Source: the human T2T-CHM13v2.0 reference genome, Homo sapiens. Taken from it: a stretch of DNA of 64,000 nt. Made by a program: the position numbers and the translations under genes. The notes under the pieces were generated by a model. That model saw nothing but the letters and a program-made list of their open reading frames with translations. It had not been told where the DNA came from and did no database searches. Position 1 is the first letter of the stretch, and every line of letters starts with the position of its first letter. This document shows, piece after piece, positions 31,965 to 45,284 of the stretch. The stretch lies in NCBI RefSeq assembly GCF_009914755.1, contig NC_060942.1; one strand, written 5' to 3'.

Positions 31965-34034
31965 TGTCTGAATCAACTGTACGAGTTAAACAGTTTTATT
32001 TCGAAATTAACCAACATAAACAACAACAACAACAACAACATTCACTACCCATTCCCTCGTTAGGTTGGAAAACCAGTCTGAAAAAATAAATACAATCTGT
32101 GACCATGAAAAGGAGCAATCACTTATTTTTCCCATATGTTTTGAACATTATTTTTAAAAATAGATTGGGAATCTGGAGGGTAAAATGCCGGGTCCCTTCC
32201 CGAGCCCTTAGAGCCCGAACGTTGTCGAATCGGTCAATGTCCACCCCGCTGCTCACCTCTGTCCCAGCAGCGCCGGGGCCAGCGCGCCCTCCCGCCGCGT
32301 CTGCGGAGCTGCGGGAAAAGCAGGTCCCCGGGGGGTATCGAGTGTCCAGGGATATCCACGCAGACATCCTTGTACTTGCAAATACAAAGAAACACACAGG
32401 ACAGAGATCAGGCTCGCGCCAGGGCTCGATCTCCTCGGGGCTCAGGGTTGGAGGCCGTACACAGCCTGGACACAAACTGAGCCAAAGAGTTTATTTTTAG
32501 CAAATAAGATATGAGTTTTTAGAAAATTGCTTCGAATAGCAAATCCGAGAAACATTATTTCAAAACGTTGGAATCAAAGGAAATCAAATGCCCACAACCC
32601 ATTTCCGTCAGTGCTTACAAATGAGCTTCTGCAAAACCCAGTCCACTTAAACATTTGGTCGGAACTCACGAAAAGAACCAAAAGCAAGGCATTCCGAGTC
32701 CTGGCGGGGGTTGAGCGGCCGGGCGGACGCCTGGCTATCTCTTCTGGGAGTCGCGCATTCGATCGCATTCAGGTTAAAATTTAAAGCCCCTGGATCCTGC
32801 TCCAGTCGCCAGCCTCTCCATTCCAGAGTTTTCTACCTTCAGCCTTTTCCAAATGCGGCCACGCTGAAACTGGGAGCCGCCGCAGTGATTGGGGGAGGCA
32901 AAGTGGAACGTAATAAAAGTGACTAAATTGGATGAGAACGGTTTCTGGACCTTCTCGGTAGCAATTTAAAATTCAGAAGTGTTTAGAAGCAATTTACAAC
33001 GAAGAATGAAAAACGAAGAATTCTCGCCAACTTCCTGAATTCCTTGCCCCCTCCCCCGCACTGCCAGGCCCTGTCCCGCTCCCCCAGGAGCCACAAGTTC
33101 ACAACTCACAGTTACGTGCAGAGGAAACAACGCTTAGCTACGAGGTCTCACCATCTCTGGAAACCATACTTTACAAGGCACCTCTCCACCCCAGTTCAAC
33201 TCTGCACAGGCTCCTCTTCCTTCCCTAACTGGGAAAACACGAAAATAGAAACAAAACAAAAAACCAGAGCCTAAACGCTTTCTAGGAGACCGACCTTCAG
33301 AAAATCATTTACTTGGATTTACCTGGGCGGGGGGTAGGGGGTGGGGTCGGGGTAAAGTATAAAAATTCATTCTCACAAAAACAACGCCTCTTGTCCTAAA
33401 GTCTCCCTCGGCAGCCTTCTGGGGTCACGTCTGTCGGAAGAAATCCTTTCTGTAAGCGAAAGGGAGCGAGACATATATCACGGCTCCTGCAGCGGACGAG
33501 CCTGCGGCCGCGCGAGTTGCCGCTGACAGATCGGCGCTGATAACCCCGCGACGTTCATTTCCAGTCCCTTTTGCCCGCTAGGGACCGTATCAGTTTGTAC
33601 AGAGTTGTGATAACTGTTTGGAGGGAGCGAAGAGGGGGTGTGTATATGAACGTGGGGGTGGGGAAGCAGCATTTAGCGCTGGGTCCAGGGAAGGTGACAC
33701 CCCCTCTTCGCAGTGACTTATCTGTGACTTACCTGAAACTCTCCAGGGAAATATCAGAAACTCTCCAGGGACATCAAAAGTTGGAGAGCGTCCTCGGACA
33801 CGACTGATGTGGAAGCCCTTTTCCATTCTGCGTACCCCATAGACTACCTTTCCGTACATGACGACCCGAGTTAAAGTTCCCAAAGGTCAGCTGGGGAATG
33901 TTGTCTTGAGGTTCCCGAAACCACCACGACCTGAGCCGTAGCATCCCGAGATAGGGTCGGAGAAAGTTTAAGGTCGGTCTCACACAACTTCAGGGCAAAA
34001 AGCGCATTTGCTGTGAAGGGGCTAGGCGGGGGTT
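31965..34034 (-). ncRNA. GATA6-AS1: GATA6 antisense (head-to-head) lncRNA; exon 1 about 34034-33733, intron 33732-33450, exon 2 33449 to about 31965
   Basis: Known divergent lncRNA at this locus. The - strand shows a perfect donor CAG|GTAAGT (33733/33732), a pyrimidine-rich acceptor ctccctttcgcttacAG (33450) and AATAAA at 32000-31995. Both ends are approximate and partly from recalled annotation. Confidence 0.8.
32019..32040. repeat. (AAC)7 microsatellite
   Basis: aacaacaacaacaacaacaaca. Confidence 0.9.
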
Positions 34035-34502
34035 GGGGGGCGGGGGGGCGCAGAGCACGTTCCCCCTTCCTTCTGGGGGCGTGCTGACCCAAGGTCTGGA
34101 GCGCCCCTCCCGCCGCGGCGGCGGCGCGGGACTGTGCACTGCCAACTCCTCCCGTGCCAAGGCTCCCTCCCCCTCCCTCGTGTGGGTGTGTGTGTGCGAC
34201 TGCGGGAGCGGGAGGGTGCACCGCCGCTGGATGGGTGCGGGTCGCTAGCCAGGTCAGGCGTTCTGTGGCCTCCGCCCCTCCCCCGGGGTCCCTGGGCTCG
34301 GTGCCCCCCGGGTGGACTCGCCCCCACTCCGGGGACAGGGCTTGCGGCTCAGCCCACGCCCGCAGGCAGCGCGGCTCTCATTGTCTGCCTGGGCGGCGCG
34401 CTCCCCTCCCCCCTCGCCGTCCCCTCCCCACCCTCTTTTCTCTCCTCCCCTCGATCCCTCCTCCTCCTCTTCACCTCCAGCGCCCAGCTGCTCGCTGAGC
34501 GC

Positions 34503-34748
34503 AGTTCCGACCCACAGCCTGGCACCCTTCGGCGAGCGCTGTTTGTTTAGGGCTCGGTGAGTCCAATCAGGAGCCCAGGCTGCAGTTTTCCGGCAGAGCA
34601 GTAAGAGGCGCCTCCTCTCTCCTTTTTATTCACCAGCAGCGCGGCGCAGACCCCGGACTCGCGCTCGCCCGCTGGCGCCCTCGGCTTCTCTCCGCGCCTG
34701 GGAGCACCCTCCGCCGCGGCCGTTCTCCATGCGCAGCGCCCGCCCGAG
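34503..34748 (+). other. GATA6: GATA6 non-coding exon 1 (1a); TSS somewhere in about 34503-34655
   Basis: Matches the recalled GATA6 5'UTR (...GCGCCCGCCCGAG joined to GAGCTAGACG...); donor GAG|gttcgg at 34748/34749. Confidence 0.85.
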
Positions 34749-35299
34749 GTTCGGCTGCTTCCTCCTCGCGCGATCTCCCCGCTTTCCTCCCCTCCACCCC
34801 TACTCGTCGCGGGCCCCTGGCCTCCGGCTCTCCGGCCCTCTCCAGGCCGCGGTCGGCTCCGACGGTGTTTCCCTCCTTCCCTCCGGGCGGGCTGAGGCGG
34901 CTCCCAGGCTCCCGGGACACCGCGGACCAACTTCTAGTCTCTTTTTCTCTCCTCGAAGCGCTTATCTGCGCGCAGCCTTATCTCCGAGTTATCTCGGCGC
35001 AAAGGGGCGGGAGCCGGTAGTTAGGCAGGCAGAGAAACTTCTTTCTTGCTATCTAGCCAGGTCTGTGTGTGGGCATTAATTTTAGTGTGGTAATCTCCGA
35101 TGAGCCGAGGCGATTTGGAAGAGCAGCCTGGAGGAGGCCAGCCCGGCTGCATTTCACCTCCCTCCCCCACTCGCTCCGAGTCTCCCTGTCATTCTTCCTG
35201 CTCTCCCATTTGGGGTCGCCTCGGCTCTGGGGCGGTCTCACGCTCCCCCCTCCCCAGCCCGTTGCGTTCCCCCTCCTTTTCTCTGCTCTCCGCTCCACC

Positions 35300-35423
35300 C
35301 CGCTACGTCCGATTCCGGAACGGTCCGGCGTTTCTGCTGCTGGAGATGACCGCGGGGTGGGCCGGGTGGCCCGGCCGGCGTGAGCGCGCACGCTGGTGTC
35401 TGCAGGCGCGGGCCGTGTCTAAG
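35300..35423 (+). other. GATA6: Candidate alternative first exon (1b)
   Basis: GATA6 is known to use two promoters/first exons; plausible donor AAG|gtgtgc at 35423/35424; start unknown. Confidence 0.4.
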
Positions 35424-36180
35424 GTGTGCGGCGCCGCGGGGACGCCGGTGGGGCTGGCGATTCCCGCCCCACAAGCTCTCCGCATTGCCTCTGCTGGGAA
35501 GGACCCAGACTGCTGCCCCCGCCCTGGCGTCCCACTTTCCCTGGGCCGAGTTGCATTTCTCTCTGGGGCTCGCGTTCGGGCTGGTCAGCGCAGTCCGGGA
35601 AGCTCTGGGAGAGCCAATATAGGAGAACGCGGCGGTTTCGTTTTCGGGGACAGGTTGCCTTCCTTACGCGAAGGGTTTTCCCGTGGGGAACCCTCACCCC
35701 GAGGCATTTCGGGAGAGGGGCATCCGCAGAGAGGCGGGATGCGGCGGTGCCGACACGCACAGCTACTTAAATTCTTTTGTGTGTCATCAGCCCGGGGGAG
35801 ACACTTTAGGGCGGAAGGAAAGCCTCAGCCAGCTTCTGCAGATCACCCCTGGGATCTGGCGCGCGCACGGAGAAAGGATGCGGCCGAGGGGGTGGGCGGG
35901 GAGGACGCGGGGACCGGAGCGGTGCCTTTGAGGGAGGGCTGGTATCCCAGCCCTTCCAGGGCCCTGTGGCGGCTGCGCAGGCTCCCTTCCCCTCCCTTAT
36001 TGATCTCCACGCCCGGGGCAGAAATAGGATCTTTGAGAAGTCTCAAATGGGATCTTTGAGAAGTCAGATCCCATTTGAACTAGAAAAAGGAGTGGAGGCG
36101 AGGTAGCGTGCAGCCTACGCTCTTGTTAACCCGTCGATCTCCTACCATACCCGTCTCCCCCACCCCACCTCAGGAGCTAG

Positions 36181-37506
<1,326 letters not shown>

Positions 37507-38681
37507 TAACCCAGAGTCCGGTAGCGCTGAGGCGAGTTGTGCCAAGACTTGAGTCTGTTGTGCCAAGTTCCTTTCCACGGATGAGACTAAATGCACATCT
37601 GTACCTTCGTGCCTTGGGGAAGCTCAGGGCCTTGATGAGTAGTGAATGGCATCTGCTATTGGGGAAAAACGAGGCTGGGAGGGAACTAACAGCGCTTGAG
37701 CCCCATCGCAGACCCTACTTTGGGTGAGTGGAAGAAATTCCACGATGGGAGTAAGTTTGGGAGAGTGGCGGGCACTTGATCCACCCCCAAACAGACACAC
37801 AAGCACATGCAGGCTCACCCAGTTTAACTCTCCAAAGGGTGCGTGTTTGTGTTTTCCTAGAGAAGGGTATTTAGAAGAGCACAACAGAAGAACCTAGATG
37901 TTCCTAGGGAAGCTAGTTGGCGTCTCCTCTCCCACAAGGGAGAGAGGGAAAGAAGAGAGGGCACCTGGAGTGGTCAGACTTGTGACTTCATGGTGAAGGA
38001 GAGCTGGTGGATAGGCCCTTGGGCTTGGCATCAGCTGGGCCTTGGTCTGGGGCTGCTGCTCACATGGCCAGGCTGCAACTCAGGGATCCTGGAGCTGGGG
38101 CACCTATTCTCCCTTCGAAGTTTAGCCCGCCAATTTTTCAGTTTCCAATTTGACTCATTTTTTCCTGTATCTGGGAGCCATTAGGGGGTAAACCGTGAAA
38201 ACGCTATTGTCAAAAATACCTGGAAATACCTCGTTTTGAAAAGTGTTTTGTTTACTCCAGCACAGGAGTGTGGGAGCCCTGTTAGGCTGTTTTTCTCAGA
38301 TGCAACATTCTGCGTCCTTGGTGCTTTCAACTGGCTTATCTTACCTTATATTTCACCTGTTTGATAATCTTTCTAAGGAAACAACATCTTTTTTTATTGT
38401 AGTTTGTTTGAGGGGAGGTGTGGGGGAGGCCCCTTGAGTCACAGAGGTGGCAGAGTGGAGGAAGGCACATTACTCCAAACAGTCCTACCCCGGTGTCTTG
38501 TGTATCCCAGGTCTGTGCTTCTCGTGGGAGCCTCGACGCTACCTTTAGGACAGCAAGTCAGTCCTAGGGGCCAGGATTCCTTAGGATAAAATGGGACATT
38601 CCCAACCTTGTCCGCAAAAGACACGCTGGAAATGCAAGTGGTCTGAAAGAGAGGGAACCAATTTGAACAGCTCTCTGATAG

Positions 38682-38999
<318 letters not shown>

Positions 39000-41879
39000 G
39001 AAATTCCCTCTTTTTGCTTCTGCTGCAAAGCTGGCCCTGGAGACCATTTTTCCCCTGTGTGTGGAATGGGATCGGGGGACCCTGTTGAGATTTGCACTGT
39101 TGGCTTGGGACTTGAGAGTCAGGGCTCTCATCCTTACCTCTGCATAGGGACCCGTGTTTGGCTCCCAGGAGCAGAGAGATGGAGAGGCTGGGAATCTCTA
39201 AGGAGGTAATGGTTGGGTGTGAAGCTTATTTTGTCAGTCGGGGAGTTCCGTAGGGAATGTGCAAGGGTGTTGTGAGTTGGGTGAGGGGTAGTATCTGCAG
39301 ATTGAGCCAGCGCCTGCAGCTCTGCCTATTTCTTGACACACCTTAGCCTGATCTCCAGGTTCCTTTCCTCCAATCTTCCAGCATTTCATATGGCTGAGAG
39401 AGTCTTTTGATGTTTACAGTAACTGGTCCTGTATGAGAAATCCTTTTAGAGGCAGTATGGGGCAGTTGTGGGCAAGTTAATATGTTTCTTTTTGTTTTAA
39501 ATTTAGCCTACACTTTTCCTAATTTTTTCATCTTCTGGGCACACCACAGTTAGAGGAATTTTCTGTAGACCCAGAAGATTTGTTATTTTTTTAAGTATTT
39601 TTTTAAGTATGTTTAAAAAAATGGGAAGGGATTTGGGAACACCCAGCTTTTGCATAGAGTCTGTTAGGAAATCAGGAAGTGACTGGGACCAAGCCAGTAT
39701 TGGGGTGAAGGGTGGGGAGCGAGTGACCCTAACTTTGCTTGTCCTCACAGGTATTCTGAGGCCAGCTTCCTAGCTAGATTTCCTGTTTCTTAGATTTTTT
39801 TTTTTTTTTAAACAAACCGTTTTTGGAGGCAGACACTTTAAACACCAGAGCTAAAACCTGAGTGCTGAACTTGATCAACCCGCACAATTTGGAGGCTTCT
39901 GGAAACCCACACTATGCACCTCTCGCTGACTGGGTAGATGGGGTGAGCTTACTTTGGGGTGAGCTCAGAGTCCTCACACTCCTTTATTTCCTGGGTCCTA
40001 CACCCTCCTAAGCGCCTGCAGAACTGTGAGTCCCTGTGTCTTGGTACCACACACAGAAAGACAGGTGGTGGTGCCCTTCTCCCCTGAATCTATCACTCCC
40101 CAAGGGCACCGCAAACAGCCATGTTAGGAGAGAAATGGTGAGTTGAAAAGGGGGAACTTGGTGAGCAAGCCCCCAGCTTTTATATCTTACAGCTTTTATA
40201 AAGACAGCATTTTTTTTTCCTTTTTAGTCACTTACAGGATTATAGCTGCCTGGTGGGTTTGGGAAAGAGGTAGGGAGGGAATGAGAGAGATTTTATTCAA
40301 CTAAAAATAAGCAAGCTTCCTAGGTTGTATTTATCCAAAGTGGACTTTTAATTAAATTTTGTCTTTGGGTTTTCAGATGACTAAATAGTTCTACCTGGGG
40401 AGTTCACACTGTCTTCTAATAGGATTCTTATTGTTCCCAGTCATAGGACTGGGTTTTCCAGGGAATGCCCCACTCCTCTATCCAGAGGGGCTCTGATAGG
40501 TAACATTTTAAAGTCAACAACAAAGACAAATACCTTGTTTAACTTCAGTGTCCTTGAAGACCTGAGCATTTTACTGATTACCGTAGTCAATAGTGGCTTT
40601 TAGGGCGGAGAAGAATAAACCTTTGTGATGTGTTGTAAGTTGCAGTATCCCCATGACAACTTTGAACTCGGGTTGTGTAGGATGCCAGTTTCTTTAAAAC
40701 TTAATAAGAAATGAGAAAAGAGACTTGTTTTGTAAATAGTATTAATGGAATTAAAGTTTTTATGCTAAAGTCATATTTAAATATCGTTACCACACAGTTG
40801 ATAGTAGACACAAGCAATAAACTGCAAGGGGATGAGAAAGAACCAAAAGGTTCACCAGCACATAATCTTAAGCTAAAACTCTGAAGTGTAATGTTTATTT
40901 ACTTTAAAAAGTGATTCAGGAATGCTTCTTCAATAATGCAGAACTAGGACATTTAAACCTTCTATAATCTAAAGAACCTTAAATGGCGGTCTATACTTTT
41001 TTTTGGTCTATACTTACAATAAGTACCTTTCTCATTTTTAGAGACATTTATTCTTCCATATTTAACCTTCTTGAGAAGTAATAAATGTTACATTTACTCT
41101 TAATTAGGATTTGTTTTTATTAGCAGGTTTAGGTTATTGTGAATTCTGAAAACTAACCAAAGAATAATAATAATAAAATTATGTAAAATAAACACATTTT
41201 AAATCGATTGCTAACTCAAAATGATCACTGGGAAGGTCTTGGTAATTTTCTCAATCAGTAAGGTATCAACCTTTTATAAAAATTTTGCAGATAGAAGCAG
41301 TTGGACCCACTTCTAAATCGGGATTTTAGCATTTGATCTTTGTGGCATGAAAATAAAACTCTGTGCTTAACGTTAGTGCATTTTTCCCCTGAAAAGATGA
41401 GAGTAATCTTCTCATTTCTAGTTTCTAACTAACGTAGGTGCCTAAGAATAGTACTTTTAATTTCACTTGTGTATCTTTAATTGGAGAAGAGGCACATATG
41501 GACGGGTGGCAGATGTAGAAAATACTTTTTAAAATTACTTGAGATAAAAGTTAATGAGGCAGCCTCGCTGTGTCCCCGGATATTTGTGGGTTGCAGCGGG
41601 GCTCAGTGGTCAGTATTTCTGTGTGGCTTGCTCGGGTTTGGCAACGACGTACTGTAATGATGATGGATTTCAGTCTTTAAAAGCTCCGGGACAGCCTGAG
41701 AGTAGGGGTCAGGGGACTCAAGCCGACCTCCCCACCGCTCATCTCGGACTCTGACGTCCTCTGCTTCCAGCACTGTCTCTTTCCCGGAGTCTCTACTGGG
41801 GCGCTCCGGGTGTGCAGAAGTATTGGACAAATGGTCAGTGGAGCAATAGTGACGAAATAACCCTGCTCCTGGCTTTGCG

Positions 41880-42400
41880 GCCAAGGAGAAAAGCTCAGCC
41901 GGGAAGGGCACGGGCAGGGAAGCCGGGCACCGGGGCTGGGGGCCGGGGTCCCCGGGGTGACGCGGGGAGGGACGGGTCCGGCGCGCCCACTCCCGCCCTC
42001 ACGCACCGCTGTCGCCGCAGACCTGCTGGAGGACCTGTCCGAGAGCCGCGAGTGCGTGAACTGCGGCTCCATCCAGACGCCGCTGTGGCGGCGGGACGGC
42101 ACCGGCCACTACCTGTGCAACGCCTGCGGGCTCTACAGCAAGATGAACGGCCTCAGCCGGCCCCTCATCAAGCCGCAGAAGCGCGTGGTGAGTGTGACCC
42201 GCCCTGCCCCTGGCTCGCGGCCGGCCCCGGGCTCTCCTGGCCCGGCCGGCCCCGCCCTGGCTCGGCCTGCCTTGGGCGTCCCCCTCCCAGGGGACAGGTG
42301 CGGCCGCTGCGGTCCCACCCTAGCGGGGACCCAGCGGTACCATCCTGTCCCGGCTGTTCCAACGCCCACCCGCTGGCGCCCAAGTAGAAGTTACCCCGAA
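41880..42400. promoter_or_regulatory. Intragenic CpG island over exon 3
   Basis: Sharp GC/CpG-rich block inside AT-rich introns. Confidence 0.85.
42021..42187 (+). CDS. GATA6: GATA6 exon 3: N-terminal GATA zinc finger
   Basis: [56 protein letters not shown]; ccgcAG| acceptor and |gtgagt donor; 167 nt keeps frame. Confidence 0.98.
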
Positions 42401-42951
42401 ACTGGCCTCTGGGAAGCCAAGATAGCCTTTCCCCATGTTTACGCGCAGGGGATGACGTCCGTAAATGACAAAAACAAAAACAAACAAAAAAGGAAGGTGC
42501 AAAATGTTACCATGTTTTAAGCAAAAAAAGAAAAAATAATCTATATATCTCTAGGTGTACTTGCCAAAGCACCGTAATAATTCTGGTAAGATAGGCAAGA
42601 AATTGGTGATGGTAACCCGAGGAGAAAAACAGTAGACCTACCGAGGCCGGGCGAAGGAAGACTTTTTTCACTGTGTATGGTTTAGATTTTATGCTTGAAA
42701 AACCATGCTCACTTATACCATTCGTCCCCCAAATAGAATATGCCAGAAATCCACCCACTCACGCCTCCTCACAGCCACATTCTTTTGGGTGCCGTTTACT
42801 TTGTCCTTTCCACCTTCTTGGTCACTTCTACCTCTTATCCTCAGGTGTATCCCCAAATACCATATCTTGGATTGCCCTTGAGCCTGGTGAAAATTTATTT
42901 GCTCTAACTTTTGTTATTTCAAAATCAGAGAACTTTGTAGAACTTGAGTAA

Positions 42952-43330
<379 letters not shown>

Positions 43331-45179
43331 ACCATGTTTTAAAGTAAGGGAATCCTGATTTCAGGGATTAATCTCGTATTGTCATTGTTATGTGTGCTTC
43401 CTAGCCGGAGAGAGTATTTACCGCTGTAATAGAGAAAATAAAGGAAAGCTTTCACCAGTCCCACTCTAAGGTTAACATTTGTTTAGCGAAGTACTCATAA
43501 TCTAATAACCCTTTAAAGCTAAATATGTTACAGTTAGATGCCAGACGTCTTAAGTATCCCAGTAATTTATTTGTTATACTCTAATTAGCAGGAACAAATG
43601 CTACACATGTTGTTTGTGTTAAATAGATTAGAGTGAAATTGCATCACAATGTAAGTCTGACACCTTAAAGAGAAGCAATTAGTTTTATGGTTGGTTTTGT
43701 TTTAATGCATTTAAAATAAAGTGGCCGAGGTTAATTTAATGAGTGTATGTGCCTTAAACTCGTTACAACCTCCCACAGCTTAAAATTTTCTTTAAAGGGT
43801 ACCCTTAACTGCAGTGTGTGACTGTGGGTTTCATGTTTTCTTAAATGCATCATATTAAAGAAGAAAAAGTAGTAACTGGAAAATATCCCACAGAAGTTCC
43901 TTGTTTTCATATAATAGACAACACATGAACAATGAAACCGATTTATTTTTCTGGAAAGGCACATTGAGCTGAGTACTAACTGAACTTTCAAAGGTAACAT
44001 TTTCTAGAGATTGAGCAAAAATTTGGTGGAATAGTAGTCATTTAGGTTCCAGTTGCATTATAAATTTGATCTAGTAACATTTAGATAGTGCCATTTGTTT
44101 TGTGCATGTACCAGTAAAAATAACTTAGAAGGAAAAAAAAGAACAGTTTTTAGCATTTCTGAATCGTTAGCTTTCTTTGTGCTTAGCAGGTGTCTTGGCC
44201 ATAACCAAGGTCAGCAAATATGCTTTGTAAATGGGTTATAAATGATACCAATTGAAGGGTGTGTCACTATCAATTAGGTCTCCTTGTGGGCTTCTTATTT
44301 ATGGTTTTGATGGATCTGGCTTAGTTCTCAGAAGCAGAATGTTGAACTCAAGTTTGTTTAGCCAGCACTATAGAACCAATCACTGTGAATTTGAACTTGC
44401 AATACATTGCAAAATAAGAGATTTATGGTGTAACTTGAATTCCTTGTCAGTGAGGAATATGACTGAGATCACTTGTTACAAGGAACTTTTATAACCCATT
44501 CACCTGCATTTCACATGTTTATGAGGACTGGCTTCACTTATGATCTGCAGTTGACAGTCATAAAGTCCTTTGTTATAATGGCAAATTCTGATAACAAGTT
44601 TGCTTCACATTGGCTCCAAATTCCACTGGAAACTGTCATAAATGGCTGGTTTATAAAGTGAACCTTCCTGTCCCTTGTTTACTGATTTCACATTTATGAA
44701 GAGAAAGGAATCCTTTCCTAAAAAATTATTTTCTTTTAACCACAAAGAAAGAAAAAAGAAAAGCCTGGATGTGTAAAGTTTTGTTAATATGTTGTCATCA
44801 TTTTAGCAAAGCAGTTTCCCAGGTAGCTCTCCTGTGAGCCAAGCATACTCATTTCAACTAAAGGCAAATTGATTCTTAGCACTGACTTCCTAGAAATGTT
44901 GTAGTGCTAAAAGGTTTGCCAGTGTCTCTGTTTATAACTTCTCTGTAGAGTGATGCTAAGTAATGCAACAGGATGTAAACCATAAATGCAGATTTTAATT
45001 TCATCTTTTAAATTTCCCAGCAAAGGTTTTGGAAGTCTCTGTCCTGTAATCTGTGAATATTCGATACATACTCAATTTACATTTCTCTCTTCTTCATTCT
45101 TTACAATTGATCTTAACTTCCCAAATTTTGTAATTTTCAACTTGGTTTGGTCCTGAATCTTTCTCTGATTTTTTTTTTT

Positions 45180-45284
45180 AACTATGGAAGGCTTCACGAA
45201 TTTGGGTGTCATTCTTGCGCTGGGGCCATGCTAATCTTCTCTGTATCCTTCCAATTTTAGTATATGTGTTGCTGAAGCAAGCAT
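45180..45284 (-). pseudogene. U6 snRNA retropseudogene, full length
   Basis: Reverse complement ATGCTTGCTTCAGCAACACATATACTAAAATTGGAAGGATACAGAGAAGATTAGCATGGCCCC...TTCGTGAAGCCTTCCATA; about 10 mismatches to U6 by eye; flanking direct repeats. Confidence 0.95.

Noticed and set aside
31769-32500. ORFs with poly-Gln/Asn around the AS1 3' end as micropeptides
   Set aside because: Derived from the (AAC)n repeat or GC-rich sequence; no homology or coding signal visible
35100-36059. 319-aa ORF in intron 1
   Set aside because: Stop-poor CpG-island sequence, Arg/Gly/Pro/Ala-rich, no recognisable domain; expected by chance at this GC content
33735-36065. Short direct repeats with spacers as a CRISPR-like array
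   Set aside because: Only two copies each, unrelated sequences, eukaryotic context and no cas genes
45180-45284. U6 copy as a functional snRNA gene
   Set aside because: About 10 substitutions, TSD-like flanks, no recognisable PSE/TATA upstream and no oligo-T terminator
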